NCBI GenBank assembly: GCA_965178125.1
Contig: OZ237761.1
Location: 682,001-746,000 of the forward strand
Source of the DNA: Bilabrum cf. latius
Taxonomy: Eukaryota
DNA: 64,000 nucleotides
Direction of reading: 5' to 3'
Below the pieces are notes generated by a model. The model had not been told where the DNA came from and did no database searches. It saw only the letters and a list, made by a program, of their open reading frames with translations. The position numbers were made by a program, and so were the translations under genes. Of this stretch, positions 38,112-51,700 are shown one piece after another; position 1 is the stretch's first letter, and the number at the start of each line of letters is the position of its first letter.

Positions 38112-41100
38112 ATGGATGGGATGGATGTTGCTGAGGCGGCTGAGATTGCTCGCGGGCGGGCAGAGGAGCTTCGGATGCGCCTCGTTGCTTTTGCGAAGCA
38201 GTCGTTCGGGGACAAGGCCCCCTATAGTAGCTCGCAGGATGCAACAATGCATGGCTACGTACATCAAGAGCGTTCTCTGGCAGCTACGCGAGAGCAAACG
38301 CTTCTATGGCAGCGCAAGGCAGCGCAAGCCCGACAAGAGCTGGTGCGATGCCGGCAGCTTTTGCTGAGCCGTTCGACTATGTGCACGCCGAGGGATTCTA
38401 GTGGCCCATCAGTGAAGGTCAAGCCAATTCATTCTGTCGCACCGTCGTAGACATAGAGGTGCTGGGCGGTGTTGCAGCGAGACGCATAGGAATGGGCAAG
38501 CACACGGTGGTGTGCAGCCCGAACCGCATAGGAGGCTCTTGGAGTCCAGGTTGCCCCCCCACCATATGATAGAGCTCATTCTGATAGCGCAAGCAGCGCG
38601 CAAGTTACCCCATCCTTTCCGCCATCGCCGCTAGGTATCATCGGCGCCGAGCTTTCGAATCCAGCGCCAGCAGGTGATTCTAGGCAGGCCCCCATCAACC
38701 TTGGGTTCGAATTGAGGCAGGGGCGCTCAATTGCGCAATTACGTAGCTTAGACACACTGCTGGTGAAGCGGCCGTCTGGCGGGGGCAGCAGCCTTAAAGT
38801 CGGCAATCTACACGGCGGTCAGCCAGGTCCCTCTCTTGCGACTAGGTCACGATCCGGCTCGCTGGCTATCGCTCGTCACACCAGCGCACAGCTGGCCTCT
38901 CGCAGGCATGTCAATGCAAGTGGCTCGGCCGGTTCCGAGTTTTAGACATCCAGCGGTGGAGTTGGACCAGGGGCAGGAGCAGGAGCTGGAGCTGGAGCTG
39001 GAGCTGGACCAGTGGGCGTGGGGAGGAGGCGCAGCGCTTTGCTCACTCGTCACAGCTCGGCACCCCTCACTGGCGCACTGCCCGGTTCAGCAGATGGCGG
39101 GCTGTCCAGTCGCGCCCTCGCCGTGCTTGCGGCTGCTGTAAGCACGCTCTCTGGTCTGGCAGGGACGCAGGGGCAGGAGCGGGCGCGCCTGGTGCAGGTA
39201 CAGGCGCGGGCGGAGGCGGAGGCGGAGAAGGGCTCAGCCATAGGCACAGGGGCGGGGTGGGGCAGCGGGGGCAGTCGGCGCAGGACGCGTGCTGTTCTGG
39301 AAAGCTGGAGACGCGGTGCATTGCACGATGGTGCCTCTGGCAGGGCCAGTAGTACCGCGCCGGGACAGCGACGGGCTGGTGTGATGCCAGCCGGCGATCC
39401 CGTGGCTGTGCGGCCAACTGCGGCAACACCCTTGACAGACAGCTCTGGGCTGCTAGGCGGGTCCGGGGCGGGGTCCATGTCCGCCACTCCGACGGACGAT
39501 GCGCCTCGGGGCAAGTTCTTTGATCCGATCGCGAGCGGGGGACATGGCTCCGGCATGAGCAGCGCCGCGGGCTCCATCGTCGGCTCTCCGCTGCCCATTG
39601 GCGCAGGGAACAACAGCAGCGGTGGGCAGCAGGCCCTTTGCACCTCATTAAACGTGGGAGCGGTGCTGGCGCTGGAGGGTGCCCCCGCGGGTGGTGGACC
39701 CAGTGTGACGAGTGGACCCAGTGCGACGAGGAGGGCCATCCAGCTGCTACTGGGCGGCAGTGCACGGGTGCAATGGGCAGAGGGCTAGCCTGCTGGCGAT
39801 GCTGGCGATACTGGGAACGAGACTAGTGTTAGCAGCAGTGCCAGGATCATCGCAAGGAGAAGTGAGCAAGAAGTTGCCCCTGCAGCATGGGCTGTTACGT
39901 GGTCCAGGCCCGGGTGCCCCTCCCTTGCGCTTCCTCTGCTGCCGGTGCCGTGCGACGACGAGGCTACTCCAGCAGTGGTGCAGTGGGCCACTGGGCGGGG
40001 TGTGACGAGTGAAATGCAGGCACAGCCACCGTCGTGGGATGCAGCGGCTTCGTGGAACACGGATGCAGGGGCGGCGCAGATGGGTTTTCGGATCGTGCGC
40101 AATGCTGGTGCGAGCGGCACGACCGGTGCAGATGCAACGGCAGGTGCTGCAGGTACCAATTTGGGGGCCGGTGCTGGGGGATCCGTGCAGTCGTAGCTGG
40201 GGCCTGCTTCCGTGAAACCATCGGTGAGCAGTGCTGGCCCCGGCACCAGTAGAGGGGGGGGTGCAGGCACGGTCGGAGATGGAGATGGAGATGGAGATGG
40301 TGATGGGGATGGGGATGGGGGCGCCTCGCGGGGGGGCTGGTCGCAGGGAACGTTCGTGAGCCAGAATCCATTCCTGCCAAAGAAAGGGGCGGGGCGGCAG
40401 GGCAGCAGAGCTCCCACACGGGCACATCCACAGGTTGCTGTGCAGCCGATCCCGGTGGGCCCCGTGAGGGCGAGACGGGACGCGATCGCGAGGCGTTTCC
40501 TGGGCCAGCTGGCACTGCTGGATGAAGCAGCCGGGCACGTGTTCACCGGAGGATTGCTGGGGGGGCATGCTGGCAGCCGCACCGCCGGGGGAGCAGTGGG
40601 GGTGGGGGGAGGAGGCAGCGGGCGTGGGCGACGGGCGCGTGCACCGAGGTGGCTGCAGGGATGGGTCGGTCCACGGGCCGCTTCGCTGTTCCCTGGCTGG
40701 GCGCAGGCTGCACTGCATGGCCGCACGCCGCCCTTGCCGATGCTGCGGGTGGCGGCTGGGATGTTCCGCAGTTGCGCGGCGCCTGCAGGCTCAACGAGTC
40801 TAGCCAACGAGGCTGGGCTTGGTGCTGGGGTGGCGTGCAGGCTTGCGGTTGCTCTGGTGAGTGCCATTCGAAGCAAGCACTGTGGTATTGCGGGCGACAC
40901 CACTGGCGAGGAAGGCGCGTCTGATCGCAGTCCATGGGGCGTGGGTGAGGATGAGGATCGGATCGGTGGGGTGCTGCTGATTGCAGTCGCTCGAGAGCAG
41001 GCCGCAAGGGCCGTGTGCGGGGTGCGGTCCGATTTGGAATCGGACCTGGCATCGATGCAAGAGGATCTCATTGGTGCAGGCGAACCGAAGAAAGCTGCGG

Positions 41101-41252
41101 CTGCGGGTGCTGATGGCCGCACCGCCCTGGCAGCAAGCGCGGGGGACATGGAGGTGCTCCCCACCAGCCAGTGCCTCCACGCGCAGAGGCTGCTGGACCG
41201 AGCGGCTCGCCTGCTGGCAGTGCCACCCAGCCTGCAACAGCGGTATGAGTGA
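38112..41252 (+). CDS. Hypothetical protein (~1046 aa), N-terminus weakly MEI4/PRD2-like; 7 in-frame TAG
   Basis: Five track ORFs in one frame with only TAG interruptions. Ends TGA. N-terminal helices LRMRLVAFA...LLWQRKAAQARQELVRCRQLLLSR. Confidence 0.65.
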
Positions 41253-41409
41253 TACGAATCTCATGGTAAAGTGGCGCGTTCTCGCCGTGGAAGCTCCAGT
41301 AAACTCACTCGAAGGTTGCAACCGGCCAATTGCCAGTGGTCCGGCCGCAACCGGCGCGAACACTCTGTTCCATAGATAGATCTACCACAACGTACGTCTC
41401 TAGCACACA

Positions 41410-43746
41410 ATGGCGGCTGCAGGAAGTTCTTCAAAGTCTATGACTGCTGCGAAAGAGGTTGCTTCTTGGGACGCGAACCCGAAAACGGCCGAGGCCGCGC
41501 AGAAGGCCTCTGTGGATCCAGCAGAGGCTGATCGATTGTTCGGTGCAAGGCTGGCGTTCGGTACCGCCGGGCTTCGAGGCCCCATGGGACCTGGATCCAA
41601 CATGATGAACACGGCAGTGGTCATCCAGACCGCGCTCGGGCTCGCCAAGGCCTGCAAGGAAGCGGCTGGCACCGCCGCAGACAAAGACATGCAAACACGT
41701 GGCGCTGTGATCGCTTTCGACCATCGCGCAGCAAAAGAGTGGGATGAAAGTAGCGAGCGAATGGCAGCAGGGGCTGCGGCAGCGCTGGCAGCGAGTGGGA
41801 TGCGCGTGGTCATGTTCGATCGATACATGCCAACCCCGATGGTGCCGTTCTTGATGCGCGAGCAGGACGCCTTGTGCGGGTGCATGGTGACCGCCAGTCA
41901 CAACCCGAAGGAAGACGCCGGATTCAAGGTGTACTGGGCTGGTGGCTCCCAGATCATCCCCCCCGTGGACGGCAACATCGCCCGCGCGATCCAGGAGACG
42001 CTGGACCCCCGCGCCACGCTCGCCTCGACCGAGGGGGAGGCCAGCGCAAGCCTCGGCGCCTGGTGGGGGCAGGCGAGCACCGCAGAGGAGTGCTTCGCCG
42101 CCTTTGGAAAGGACTCGCCCATGCACCGCGCCACGGGCGGCTTCGTGGAACGGGTAGGTCCCGAGGCTCTGGACCGGTTCGTGGCCAGCGGCAGGGACCG
42201 CATGTGCCGCGGTGTGGCCGCTGGGAGCGAAGGTTCGCTGGATCGACCCTTCGCGGTGTACACGGCGATGCACGGCGTGGGCACTCCGGGGTTACTGCGT
42301 GCCATGCGTGCCTGGGGACATGCCAGCGGGGGCCAGGGGCTGGAGGGCAAGTACGGTGGGGGCGGATGGGCGGAGGCAGGTGCCGCCGCTGCCGGAGCCG
42401 GTTCCGATGCTGGTGCAGCCGAGCCGCTGCGCGGGATCCTGATTGTGGACCGGCAGTGTTCCCCGGACCCGTTGTTCCCCACGGTGGAGTACCCCAACCC
42501 CGAGGAAGGCAAGGGGGCGCTCGCCCTGGCCTTCGAGGAGGCCCGGCGCTCCCACGAGGCGCAGGGGGGCGGCAAGGGGGAGGATGACGAGTGGAAAGGG
42601 CCCAAGGTGGTGGTGGCCAACGATCCAGACGCCGACCGGCTGGCGCTCGCTGAGAGACTGGAGGTGCCTGCAAGCGCGGGCGACGACGAGAGCTGGAGGG
42701 TCTTCAGCGGCAATGAGACTGCGGTGCTGCTGGCCGATTGGGCGCTCCGGGGTTGGTAGGAAGGCAGGGCGAAGGAGGGCTTCGCCAGCAAGGAGGAGCA
42801 GGAGGCGTGGGAGGGCAAGCCCGGGGGGGAAGAGGGGAAGAGGCCGCAGCCGTACATGCTGGCCACAGCTGTGACCACTCGCGCCGTGTCCCGCATCTGC
42901 AGCAGGGAGGGGCTGGGGTACGCCGACACGCTGACCGGGTTCAAGTGGCTGGGGGCCCGCGCCAACGCCCTCAGGGAACAAGGACACCCGGTGCTGGCCA
43001 CTTTCGAGGAGGCCATCGGGTTCTGCTGCGGGGGCGTGGTACCGGACAAGGACGGGATCACGGCTGCCTGCGTGGCGCTGGAGATGGCCAAGCACTGGAG
43101 CGGCGAGGGCTCGTCGCTGGCGGGGCGGCTGGGCGCCCTCTACGAGAAATACGGCTTCTTCGCCAGCGCCAACGGGTACGGAGTGACGTCATCACAGGAG
43201 GTGATCCGATCCGTGTTCTCCGGGCTCCGGGGGGAGAGCAAGGGCGAGGGGGCTGGCGGGGCCGCTGGTGCCAGCGATGGTGACGCCGGCTGGAAGCGTT
43301 TCGGGGCCGAAGCGGGGGCGGGATCGGCAGGTGCCGATGATGCCTGGCCCAAGGAGGCGAAGGAGGGCGCCGCGGGCCTGCTGAGTGAGCTGAAGGCGGG
43401 CACGAGGGAGGAGGGGCAGGAGGGCGCTCCCATTGCCTTCAGCGTGGTGCAGGTGCGTGACCTGACCGAGGGGCGCGCCTTCGACTCGCAGTGCGAGGGG
43501 GGCAAGCCCGATCTGCCCATGTCCTCCTCGCCCATGGTCACTGTGTGGCTGCGGGGGCCCGAGGGATCCGGAGTCGAGGGGGTGCTGACGCTGCGCACGA
43601 GCGGCACGGAGCCCAAGATCAAGTACTACGCCGAGTGCAGCGCGCCAACCCGGGAGGGCGCGGAGAGGGCGGCGGCCGACTTGCGGCTGGCCGTCATCGA
43701 GATGGTGCTTCGGCCGGGTTCCAACGAGTTCGACAGGATCAAATGA
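41410..43746 (+). CDS. PGM2: Phosphoglucomutase-2/phosphopentomutase family, ~778 aa, 1 in-frame TAG
   Basis: FGTAGLR, TASHNP (phosphoserine loop), PNPEEG and DPDADR precede TAG 42757-42759 (RGW*EG). In the same frame after it come TGFKW, FEEAIG, DKDG and RTSGTEPKIKYY. Ends TGA. Confidence 0.93.
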
Positions 43747-43803
43747 GAAGTGGTGACCGCAAGCACGCACTGCAATAGACTGCAAAAAAAAGGTGAATGA
43801 TCC

Positions 43804-44859
43804 ATGCACACTCTTGACGCACACATGCCGAGTACAGATGCTTCAGCATCGAAAGACTACATCTCCACGATGCTTGGTGGGGCATTGAGTGGAGCCCTAG
43901 CCCGAATTCCTTGCCATCCAATCGACACAATCAAGGCAAACCTGCAAGTGTTCCAGCACAGCAAGCAAGGCGGCGGCCCAATGATGAATGCTATTCGAGA
44001 TGTGTACAGAAGACAAGGCATTTTTGGGTTCTATCGCGGCCTTGACGTTGCGCTTGTTGGCTCAATCCCCGCGGCAATGCTGTACTACTCGTCGTATGAG
44101 GCATCGCGCGATTTCCTCAAGGATCGCATCCCCGGTTTCAAAGATGTACCAGCTTTGGCGCACCTGGGAGCAGGTATGGTGGCGGAGGCGGTTAGCTGCG
44201 TGCTTTGGGTGCCAATCGATGTTTTGAAAGAGCGAAGTCAGGTGGGCACTTACAGCAACATGGTGCAGGGTGCACGCGAGGTGCTACGGCACGAAGGCCT
44301 CACAGGCTTGTACCGTGGCTACGCTGCGACAGTAGGCTCATTCGGCCCATTTAGTGCCCTGTACTTTGCGCTGTATGAGCCGTTCAAAGGGGTTGCCCAG
44401 TCGGCGCTCGGCAGGGGTGGCGAGAAGCACAAGAGCGACGAGGTCGGTTTCGTGGGAGGTTTTGCCGCATCTGCTGCAGCTGGCGGCATCGCCTCGTTTA
44501 TAACAAATCCTCTGGACCTAGCCAAGGTGCGCCTGCAGGTGCAGCGTGGGCGAGCGGCCGCTGCAGGGGAGGCTGCCACAGCCACAGGCAGCAGCCTGCA
44601 GTTCCAATACCGAGGCATGGTGCACGGCATGGGAGAGATTTGGAGGGCGGAGGGAGCGAGGGGGCTATTTAGAGGGGCGGGTGCCCGCGTGTTGTTCCAC
44701 ATCCCCATGACCGCGGTGTCGATGGCTCTCTTCGAGACGTGTCGGTCGGCGGTGCGGACTGCCATGGGGAGGGGCGGTGCAGGGAGGAACGGCCCATCCG
44801 ACGGGGTGGGCTCTTCGGCCAAGGCGGATGATGAAAGAGGGGATGGATCTCGGACGTGA
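43804..44859 (+). CDS. Mitochondrial carrier (SLC25) family protein
   Basis: Three Px[DE]xx[KR] motifs (PIDTIK, PIDVLK, PLDLAK) with GFYRG/GLYRG/GLFRG. Ends TGA. Start at 43804 or 43825. Confidence 0.93.
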   Translation: MHTLDAHMPSTDASASKDYISTMLGGALSGALARIPCHPIDTIKANLQVFQHSKQGGGPMMNAIRDVYRRQGIFGFYRGLDVALVGSIPAAMLYYSSYEASRDFLKDRIPGFKDVPALAHLGAGMVAEAVSCVLWVPIDVLKERSQVGTYSNMVQGAREVLRHEGLTGLYRGYAATVGSFGPFSALYFALYEPFKGVAQSALGRGGEKHKSDEVGFVGGFAASAAAGGIASFITNPLDLAKVRLQVQRGRAAAAGEAATATGSSLQFQYRGMVHGMGEIWRAEGARGLFRGAGARVLFHIPMTAVSMALFETCRSAVRTAMGRGGAGRNGPSDGVGSSAKADDERGDGSRT

Positions 44860-45039
44860 ATGAATGAATGAATACTGCCGTGGGAATCCCATTTTGCGAC
44901 CAAGCTGTAAGAGCTGCGATCAGTTGCTCCGATCGAATTCACCGTGGGGTATTTATGGACTTGGGAGTTTCCCTCGCGACAAAGCGAAACCGAGAGCGGC
45001 TACTCCCAAGGCCGCAGCAAGCTCAGCGTACCTTGCAGT

Positions 45040-48000
45040 ATGCAGAATCTGTCCAGGCGACAGGACGCGCTCTGGCGCGTTCTGGCGCTAGGATGCGTTG
45101 CAGCAGCAGCGGCCGCCGTGCACAACTGCGCGCACGATGCGCACGTAGAGCAAGTGATAAGCGAGAGGGCAACAAGGGGCAAGTCATCAGAGCTAGCACC
45201 AAGGGGCGTGCTAGCCTCGCAGCCCGAGCACAGCCGCGCGGATCGGCATCGCCGCCTAACTCAGTCTCCCGTTTGGCGCCCTATGCGATTCAAGGTTGAT
45301 TACTATGACATTGATGCGGAAATGGATGCGCAGACCGTGCAATACTTCAAGAAGATGGTGATTGAGCCCGCAGTAGAGTACTTGCATGGCGTGCTGATGG
45401 TACGGCAGCGGTCCGGAGACTCTGGCAGCGACAGCCACCTGCAGCTGGGGTACTCGTGCCCGAGCTACTACGTCACGAGCGGCAAATGCTCAAGGCTGGA
45501 CACGGACCGCGAGTGCAGCTCCAGCAGCGTGGTGCTGAATCGCACGTATTTTGGAGCTGCGAGCACGTTCTCGCTCGAGGGCGGCCGGTGGGTTGAGACA
45601 ATCGAACCGGCCGGCGGGCCCGGCGCCCCCGATGCCGATTTCGTGCTGGCAATCAGCGCGTCGACCACGGGATCCTGCGGTGGAGGCACCCTGGCGTTTG
45701 CTTCCACCTGCCTGCGGGACGACATCGACCGACCGGTGGCAGGCCGGTACAACCAGTGCCCCGGGAAGGTGTCCCTTGAGGCCAGCGAACTCAGGTCCAT
45801 GCAGCAGACGGCGCTCCACGAGATCCTGCACGCCATCGGGTTCAGCTCACAGAACTTCATCTACTTCAGAGACCCCGACACGCTAGACCCCTACACGCCC
45901 CGCAACACCGCGCGGCCCTCAGTGCTGGACCGCACCGCCAACAGCGTGCATGTGGCCTGCGCGGAACGCAGCGAGCAGGGGCTGCCCGAGGAAATGCTGC
46001 AGTACAGCAGCGAGCGGGGTAACGATCCCATGTGCGTAAACGCCACGATGGCCGGCCTCAAAGGCATCGAGGCTTGCACTCAGAGGGTGGTTATCCCGTC
46101 GGTGCGGGACAAAGCCAGGCAGTACTTCGGGTGCGATGCGATTGCCGGACCCGAGCTCGAGAACCAGGAGTCCAGCTGCCGGCTGGTGGGCTCGCATTGG
46201 GAGCAGCGCATGTTCTCCGGCTCGACCATGTCGCCCACCAGCACCGACTGGCAGACGATTGATCCCGTTACCCTGGCTATGCTCGAGGCGAGCGGGTGGT
46301 ACAAGGGCAACTACTCGGCGCTAGAAGCTGACCTGTGGCCGGGACGGGACTGGGCCTCTGACGTGGGCTGCAACGCGGCACTTTACGAGGCGGGCATCGG
46401 CGGCTCACCCCCGGCGAGCACGAGGACCAACTCGAGCCTCAGGTACGGCGAGGAGCTATTCTGCACCGACACGAGCTTCACCAACAGGTGCTCCTTCGAC
46501 AGGCGGGGCATCGGCATTTGCCAGATCCGGACCCGCGAAGTCCTGGACGAGCGGTACAGGTACTTTGGAGAGACGGAGCCCCCGTACAAGGCGGGTAGTC
46601 GAACTCGGCAAGAATACCTGCCGCACGTGGCTGCCAGCCGCATGTGCGAGGACGAGGGCGAGACGCGGGGTCAGCTCGACAAGGAGGCCGGCCTGTTCTT
46701 CGGCGAGAGCTCGGCGTGCTTTGATGCGACCCTCAAGCTGTCGGACTCTGTCTTCAGCAGCCTCGGCAGGGTGGCAGGGTGCCACAAGTACTCCTGCCAT
46801 TGGCCCGGTCTTGATCGCACCACTGACCCAGTGCTGGAGGTGCTGCTGCACGACAGATCTGGCGATGTGACAAGCAGCGTCAACTGCACCGCGGCCGACA
46901 ACGGGCAGCAGAAGACTGCCGCTGGGTTTGTCGGATCCATCACGTGCCTCCACCCCCGACTGCTGTGCAGAGATGTCGACGACCCGAGACCCGAAGGGGG
47001 AGGAGGCGTTGGGCCAGCACCAGGGATCACGGCCTCCCCTACACCGAGCATTACTGGCACTCCTACTGGCACTCCGACGGGGATGCTGATACCCAGTGCG
47101 ACTCCCTCCGGTACTGGTGTGCCCACGCCCAGCATCTCAGCTTCCATGGGATCCTCTTCCTCTGCCACGCCCAGCGCTAGCACCAGCGCTAGCACCACGA
47201 CGAGCCCGAATGCCGCTGCAAGCAGCTCCAGCTCGCCTCCCACACCAGCAGTGGGAAGCCCGTCGACGAGTCCCTCCTCCTCCGCCTCCCCGCAGCAGCA
47301 GCAGCAGCAGCAGCAGTCGCCCAGCCCATCGCCATCGGGCGCCGGTGCGGTTCCCCCCTCCGACAGCCCCACCGCGAGCGCCTCTACCAGCTCGGATACG
47401 GCCGTTTAGCCGACTCAGGCCGCGGCAACTTCCGATAGCTCCGCGACTGCCCAGCCCTCTGCTGTCGATGCAGCGCAGAGCCCTGGCCCCAGCCCAGCGC
47501 CAAGCACAAGCGCACAGCCCTTGGCCTTCCCGCAGAGTAGAGATGATGATGCAGTGGCACCAGCGCTCAGGGCGGAGGACCTCGAGGCCGAGTACTGCGA
47601 GGGAACAACAGAAGGACTCCTGAGCGCCAGGTGGACCCGGGTGGTGGGCGCACAGCTGCAGGTCTAGCTGGATGCAAGCACTGAGCTTGATCTTGACTGC
47701 TCCATTGCACCTGCCTTCGCAGCAGCGGCGGCGGACGTGCTGTCCGTGGCGCAAGGCAGGATTTCAGTGGCAGTGTTTGCGCTGGAGACTAGCGGCTCAG
47801 GCAAAGATCAGACTGACACGTAGATGTAGGCGGCGCGTCGGCTTCAGAGTGCTGGCAGCAGCGCCACCGTGTCCATCGTAGTAGGTGTGTCGAGCGAGCA
47901 GGAGCAAGCAGACGTGGGCGAAGCCCTGCTGGCTCGCATTGAGGACGGCTCGCTAGAGGTGGCGATCGAGCAGGAGATGCAGGACCGGAGTTCTAGTGGC

Positions 48001-48486
48001 GCACCGCCGGTTGGCCTGGAACTGGAGCTGGAGCTGGGCGGCTCTGCAAGGGCAGGAGGCGGTGGCGTGGTGGGGCAAAGTGGGGAAGGGGGCGCGGGCT
48101 CGCTGGCGCCCGGGCTTTTCTCGGGCACTCTCGAAGTGGAGTCGCCCCAGACACCCGGAGGTGGGGATAGCGGCGATGACGATGACGATGGGGCCGGGGC
48201 TGCACTCTACGCTGGCATCGCAGTGGCTGTGGTTGCCGTGGCTGCAGTCGGTGCAGGCCTGGCGTACTACCTTGGCATGTGCTCCGGGACGGCTGCCCGG
48301 GAGCAGGGGAGCAAGTACATCCCGTCATCCTCTGGCCCCGTGTCGATTCAGTCGTCCAGTCAGGAGGCGAACGGCGGGGTCCATTGTCACGACGACAAGG
48401 AGGGCATCCCTGGCTTCCAGCACCAACGGGGGAGCGACTCGATTGTTGAGAACCCGCTCAGAGAGTCTGTTAGGAACATGGTTTGA
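45040..48486 (+). CDS. Leishmanolysin/GP63-like M8 zinc metalloprotease, type I membrane, ~1148 aa, 4 in-frame TAG
   Basis: Signal peptide, propeptide HNCAHD, HEILHAIGF, SHWEQR, Met-turn, SPT-rich stalk. The frame continues across TAG 47407 and three more into the TM (ALYAGIAVAVVAVAAVGAGLAYYL). Ends TGA. Confidence 0.9.
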
Positions 48487-48757
48487 AAGAACGCGTGGAG
48501 TCAGCACCAGGTGGGGGCAGGTGCAGACTATCTCGACTGCATGAATCCGGATTATGTCAAGATGTGTGGGATGCACGGACACGGACCAAGGCGATCCGAA
48601 CAGGTAACCCCCTGCTGCCGCCTTGTGCGGGCAGCAGCAGCGCAGCCAGCCTTGTGCTTGGCGCGGGCACGTGGTAGATAGACTTGCAGTGTTGACGCAG
48701 TATCTCTTGTTATCATCAGTTCATGTTTTGCCATCCGGATATGGCTGCAGCTCTGAG

Positions 48758-51700
48758 TCACACCAGCTCTGGGTGCAGCTCTGCGCTACCCCTCGGTCCC
48801 TTGCCCTCCGCGTAGCCTTGCTTGCGCACATCAGACCCAGACCCGCTTCTGTCATTGCCCCCCTATGGAGCCACCGTGTCGGGATGTCCCTTGCTCCCAC
48901 AGCACAGGAAGTACCCGCCCCCCACGAGGACCAGGAGACCCACCACCCCGACCACCGCCAGCACGGCTGTACCCGCCCCCTCCTGCAGACCGATCAGTGT
49001 GGGGTCACCGCTCGAGCTCTCACCCTCGAGACTGCCGCTAAACAGCCCGCTCGTCCCATCCACATCGCGCAGCACCAGCGAGACATTCCCATACACTGTG
49101 GCGTTCCGGCCTGCTAGCCCACGCATGAGATCTCCCGTAGACACGATGGCAGCGAGGGTCCTCGTCAGCGTCCAGGCCTCTGCCTCCGTACTGGCCGCCA
49201 CTGCGATTGAGACGTCCTGGGTCACGCCGTTCGAGGGCTGCTGCTGCTGCTGCGCGCGTCTTGTCCCAGAGGTGCTTGCAGCTGACGACTGGAAATCGAC
49301 AGCCACTCGGGTGCTGTCCACACCGAGCAGCAAGCCCACCGTCAGCTGCACGCCACTGGCGTCGCTCTCGCACTAGAGCCGCCGAGCGAGGCCGGACATG
49401 GTTCCGCTGAAGCCACCGACCGCGGGGTAGTCGCTGCCCTCCAGCACGCCCGTGGTACCCGCGCAGTAGGCTGCCCGCTGCTCCTGGGTGAGGGCATGCA
49501 CCACGCCGGAGCCAGGGGATGGGTCCGGGGAGCGGCTCGGAAACACAGGCGTGGGGGTCGGCGTGGGACTAGCTGGTTTAGTTGGCGTGGGGCTAGCTGA
49601 TGAAGTCGGTGTGGGGCTAGCTGATGAAGTTGGCGTGGGGCTGGCCGTCGCGGATGGGGTTATGCTTGAGGTAGGAGTGACAGAGGGCGTGGGAGTCATG
49701 CTCGGCGTTGGAGTGCCAGTTGGGGTGGTGGACGGGGACGGCGACGTGAGTCCACGGCCGCACAGCAGCTGCGGCTCGAGGCAGGTTACTGTCCCGTTGA
49801 ATCCCGGGGCAGGTTTCTCGATACCGCTCTCTCCCCTGTAGCAGACCACCTCTGCGGCAACTTCCCCGGTGGTGTTTCGAACCTCGATGGTGAGTACGGA
49901 GAACACCCCGGTGATGTTGCACGAATAGCTGTAGCACGCGGTTGAGCGGTCTGTCCCCGAGGTTGCGTCAGGCCGAATGAGGCTGGACTCGAAGCACGCA
50001 GAGTCTTCATCAGGGCCATAGTATGCCCCCATATCGCGCTGTCCAGCGGTGTCAATCCCAGTGCTGTCCGCGCACATGACAGGGCTAGCGATGATGCTGG
50101 CGTAGTCGAAGTACCACGTCCCGCCCGCCCTGGAACCGGAGCTCCCAACGATGTCGGCCATGTAGCGCGCACGCTCGGGCACCAGCGCAGTGTAGAGGGA
50201 CCCGGGAAAGGATGACATGGGGCAGGTGCCGCGCCCCCTGCGGTCGAACGTGCACGGGCCCGGCTCTGACACGGCCGCTGGCAAAAGGCAGAACATCTGC
50301 TCCCCGTGCCGAAGGCTGGACTCCGTCACCACCGTGTCATCGACGGTCAGGTTGGCCAGCTGCGCCGAGCTGTTGATGGAGAACGGGCGGTCGTACTGTA
50401 GGGAACAGCCCGCATCTGACCCCCAGTCCCTCCCTGGGCTCTCGTGCAGCGCGCTGTAGTTGCCCTTGTACCACCCGCTCGCCTCGAGCATGGCCAGAGT
50501 GACGCGGGACACGGTGGCGTAGTAGCTCAGGTCCGACGCGTCCCACTCGGAGAACAACGTGACGGACATGGTGTCCTGTGCCAGCGTGCGCGACTCCCAA
50601 TGGGAGGTCAGCTCCCCGCAGTAGCTTGGGAACATGGCCAGCTCTGGCCCGGGGAGGTCGGTGCACCCTGAGAATTCCCTCGCTGCGTCCCTCACTCCGG
50701 GCAGCACGATCCTCTGAGTGCACTGCGCGAGTCCGTTGCGGTTGGCTTGCGAGAAGTTCCTGCACTCTGGCTGGCCCCGCTCCCCGCTGTACCGCAGCAT
50801 GGTCTCGGGCAGCAGGGATGTGTTGGACACGAACAAGGGATAGCCCGAGATGCCTAGGTCACAGCTGACCGTGGTCTGGGTCGCGGGGTGCAGCCGGCTG
50901 CCGCCAGTGCCAGGGGCGCGTCTCACATACGGCTCCAGGGAATCGGGGTCGCGATAGTAGGCGAAGCTCGCGGAGCTGAATCCCAGTGCGTGCAGCAGGT
51001 GGTGCAGAACCCTCTGCCTCTGCAGGTCTCGCCTCCCGAACGTGTCCCCCGCTTGGAACCCAGGGAAGTTGTACCACGCGGCTGCCGGCCGGTCGATCTC
51101 GTCCCGGAGGCAAGCAATCGCACACTCGCCGTTAGTACCCGACCCACACGGCGAGCTGGTCATGCCGGTGACCAGCAGCACAAAGTCGGCATCGGGTGCT
51201 CCCGGGCCGTCGGCGAGGCGGGTGACGCGGGTGTAGGTGCCGTTCGAGGGGTGGAACACGGAGGATTCCGACTCGCCGAAGAAGCTTTGAGGCAGCTGCA
51301 CTTGCGGTGATCCGCACGTTCTGCTTACATCCAGCGCTTTGCAACGGCTCTCGCCGCCCTGGCCCGGCTCGTGCCACGCCGCGCACGGATACGCAAGCGA
51401 GAGGCTGCCGTCGTCGGTTCGCTTTCGGACGGCCAGCAACTCGTGCGCGCGCGAGATTGCCCATGGCAACGTTTCATTAACGAACCGATCCGTCTCCTCC
51501 GCGCCCACGTCCCACAAATTGGAGTCCTGAAGCATGAATTCTGCGTGAATCCGGAGTGGCCGCCATTCGGTCACATCATCTGCGGTCGACAGCCTACGGG
51601 AACCGCTACTTGCTACCTGCATGCGAGGCATCATCTCTGGACCACTTCCAGCTGCCATTCGAGACCGTGTCAAAGCCTTGAGCGCCTCATCGTGGCCACA

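Noticed and set aside
39050-43095. Long antisense and alternative-frame ORFs (e.g. 39785-41164, 41898-43091; also 544-1953, 18200-19462)
   Set aside because: These are shadow ORFs expected at high GC opposite or overlapping better-supported genes, and they carry no recognisable motifs.
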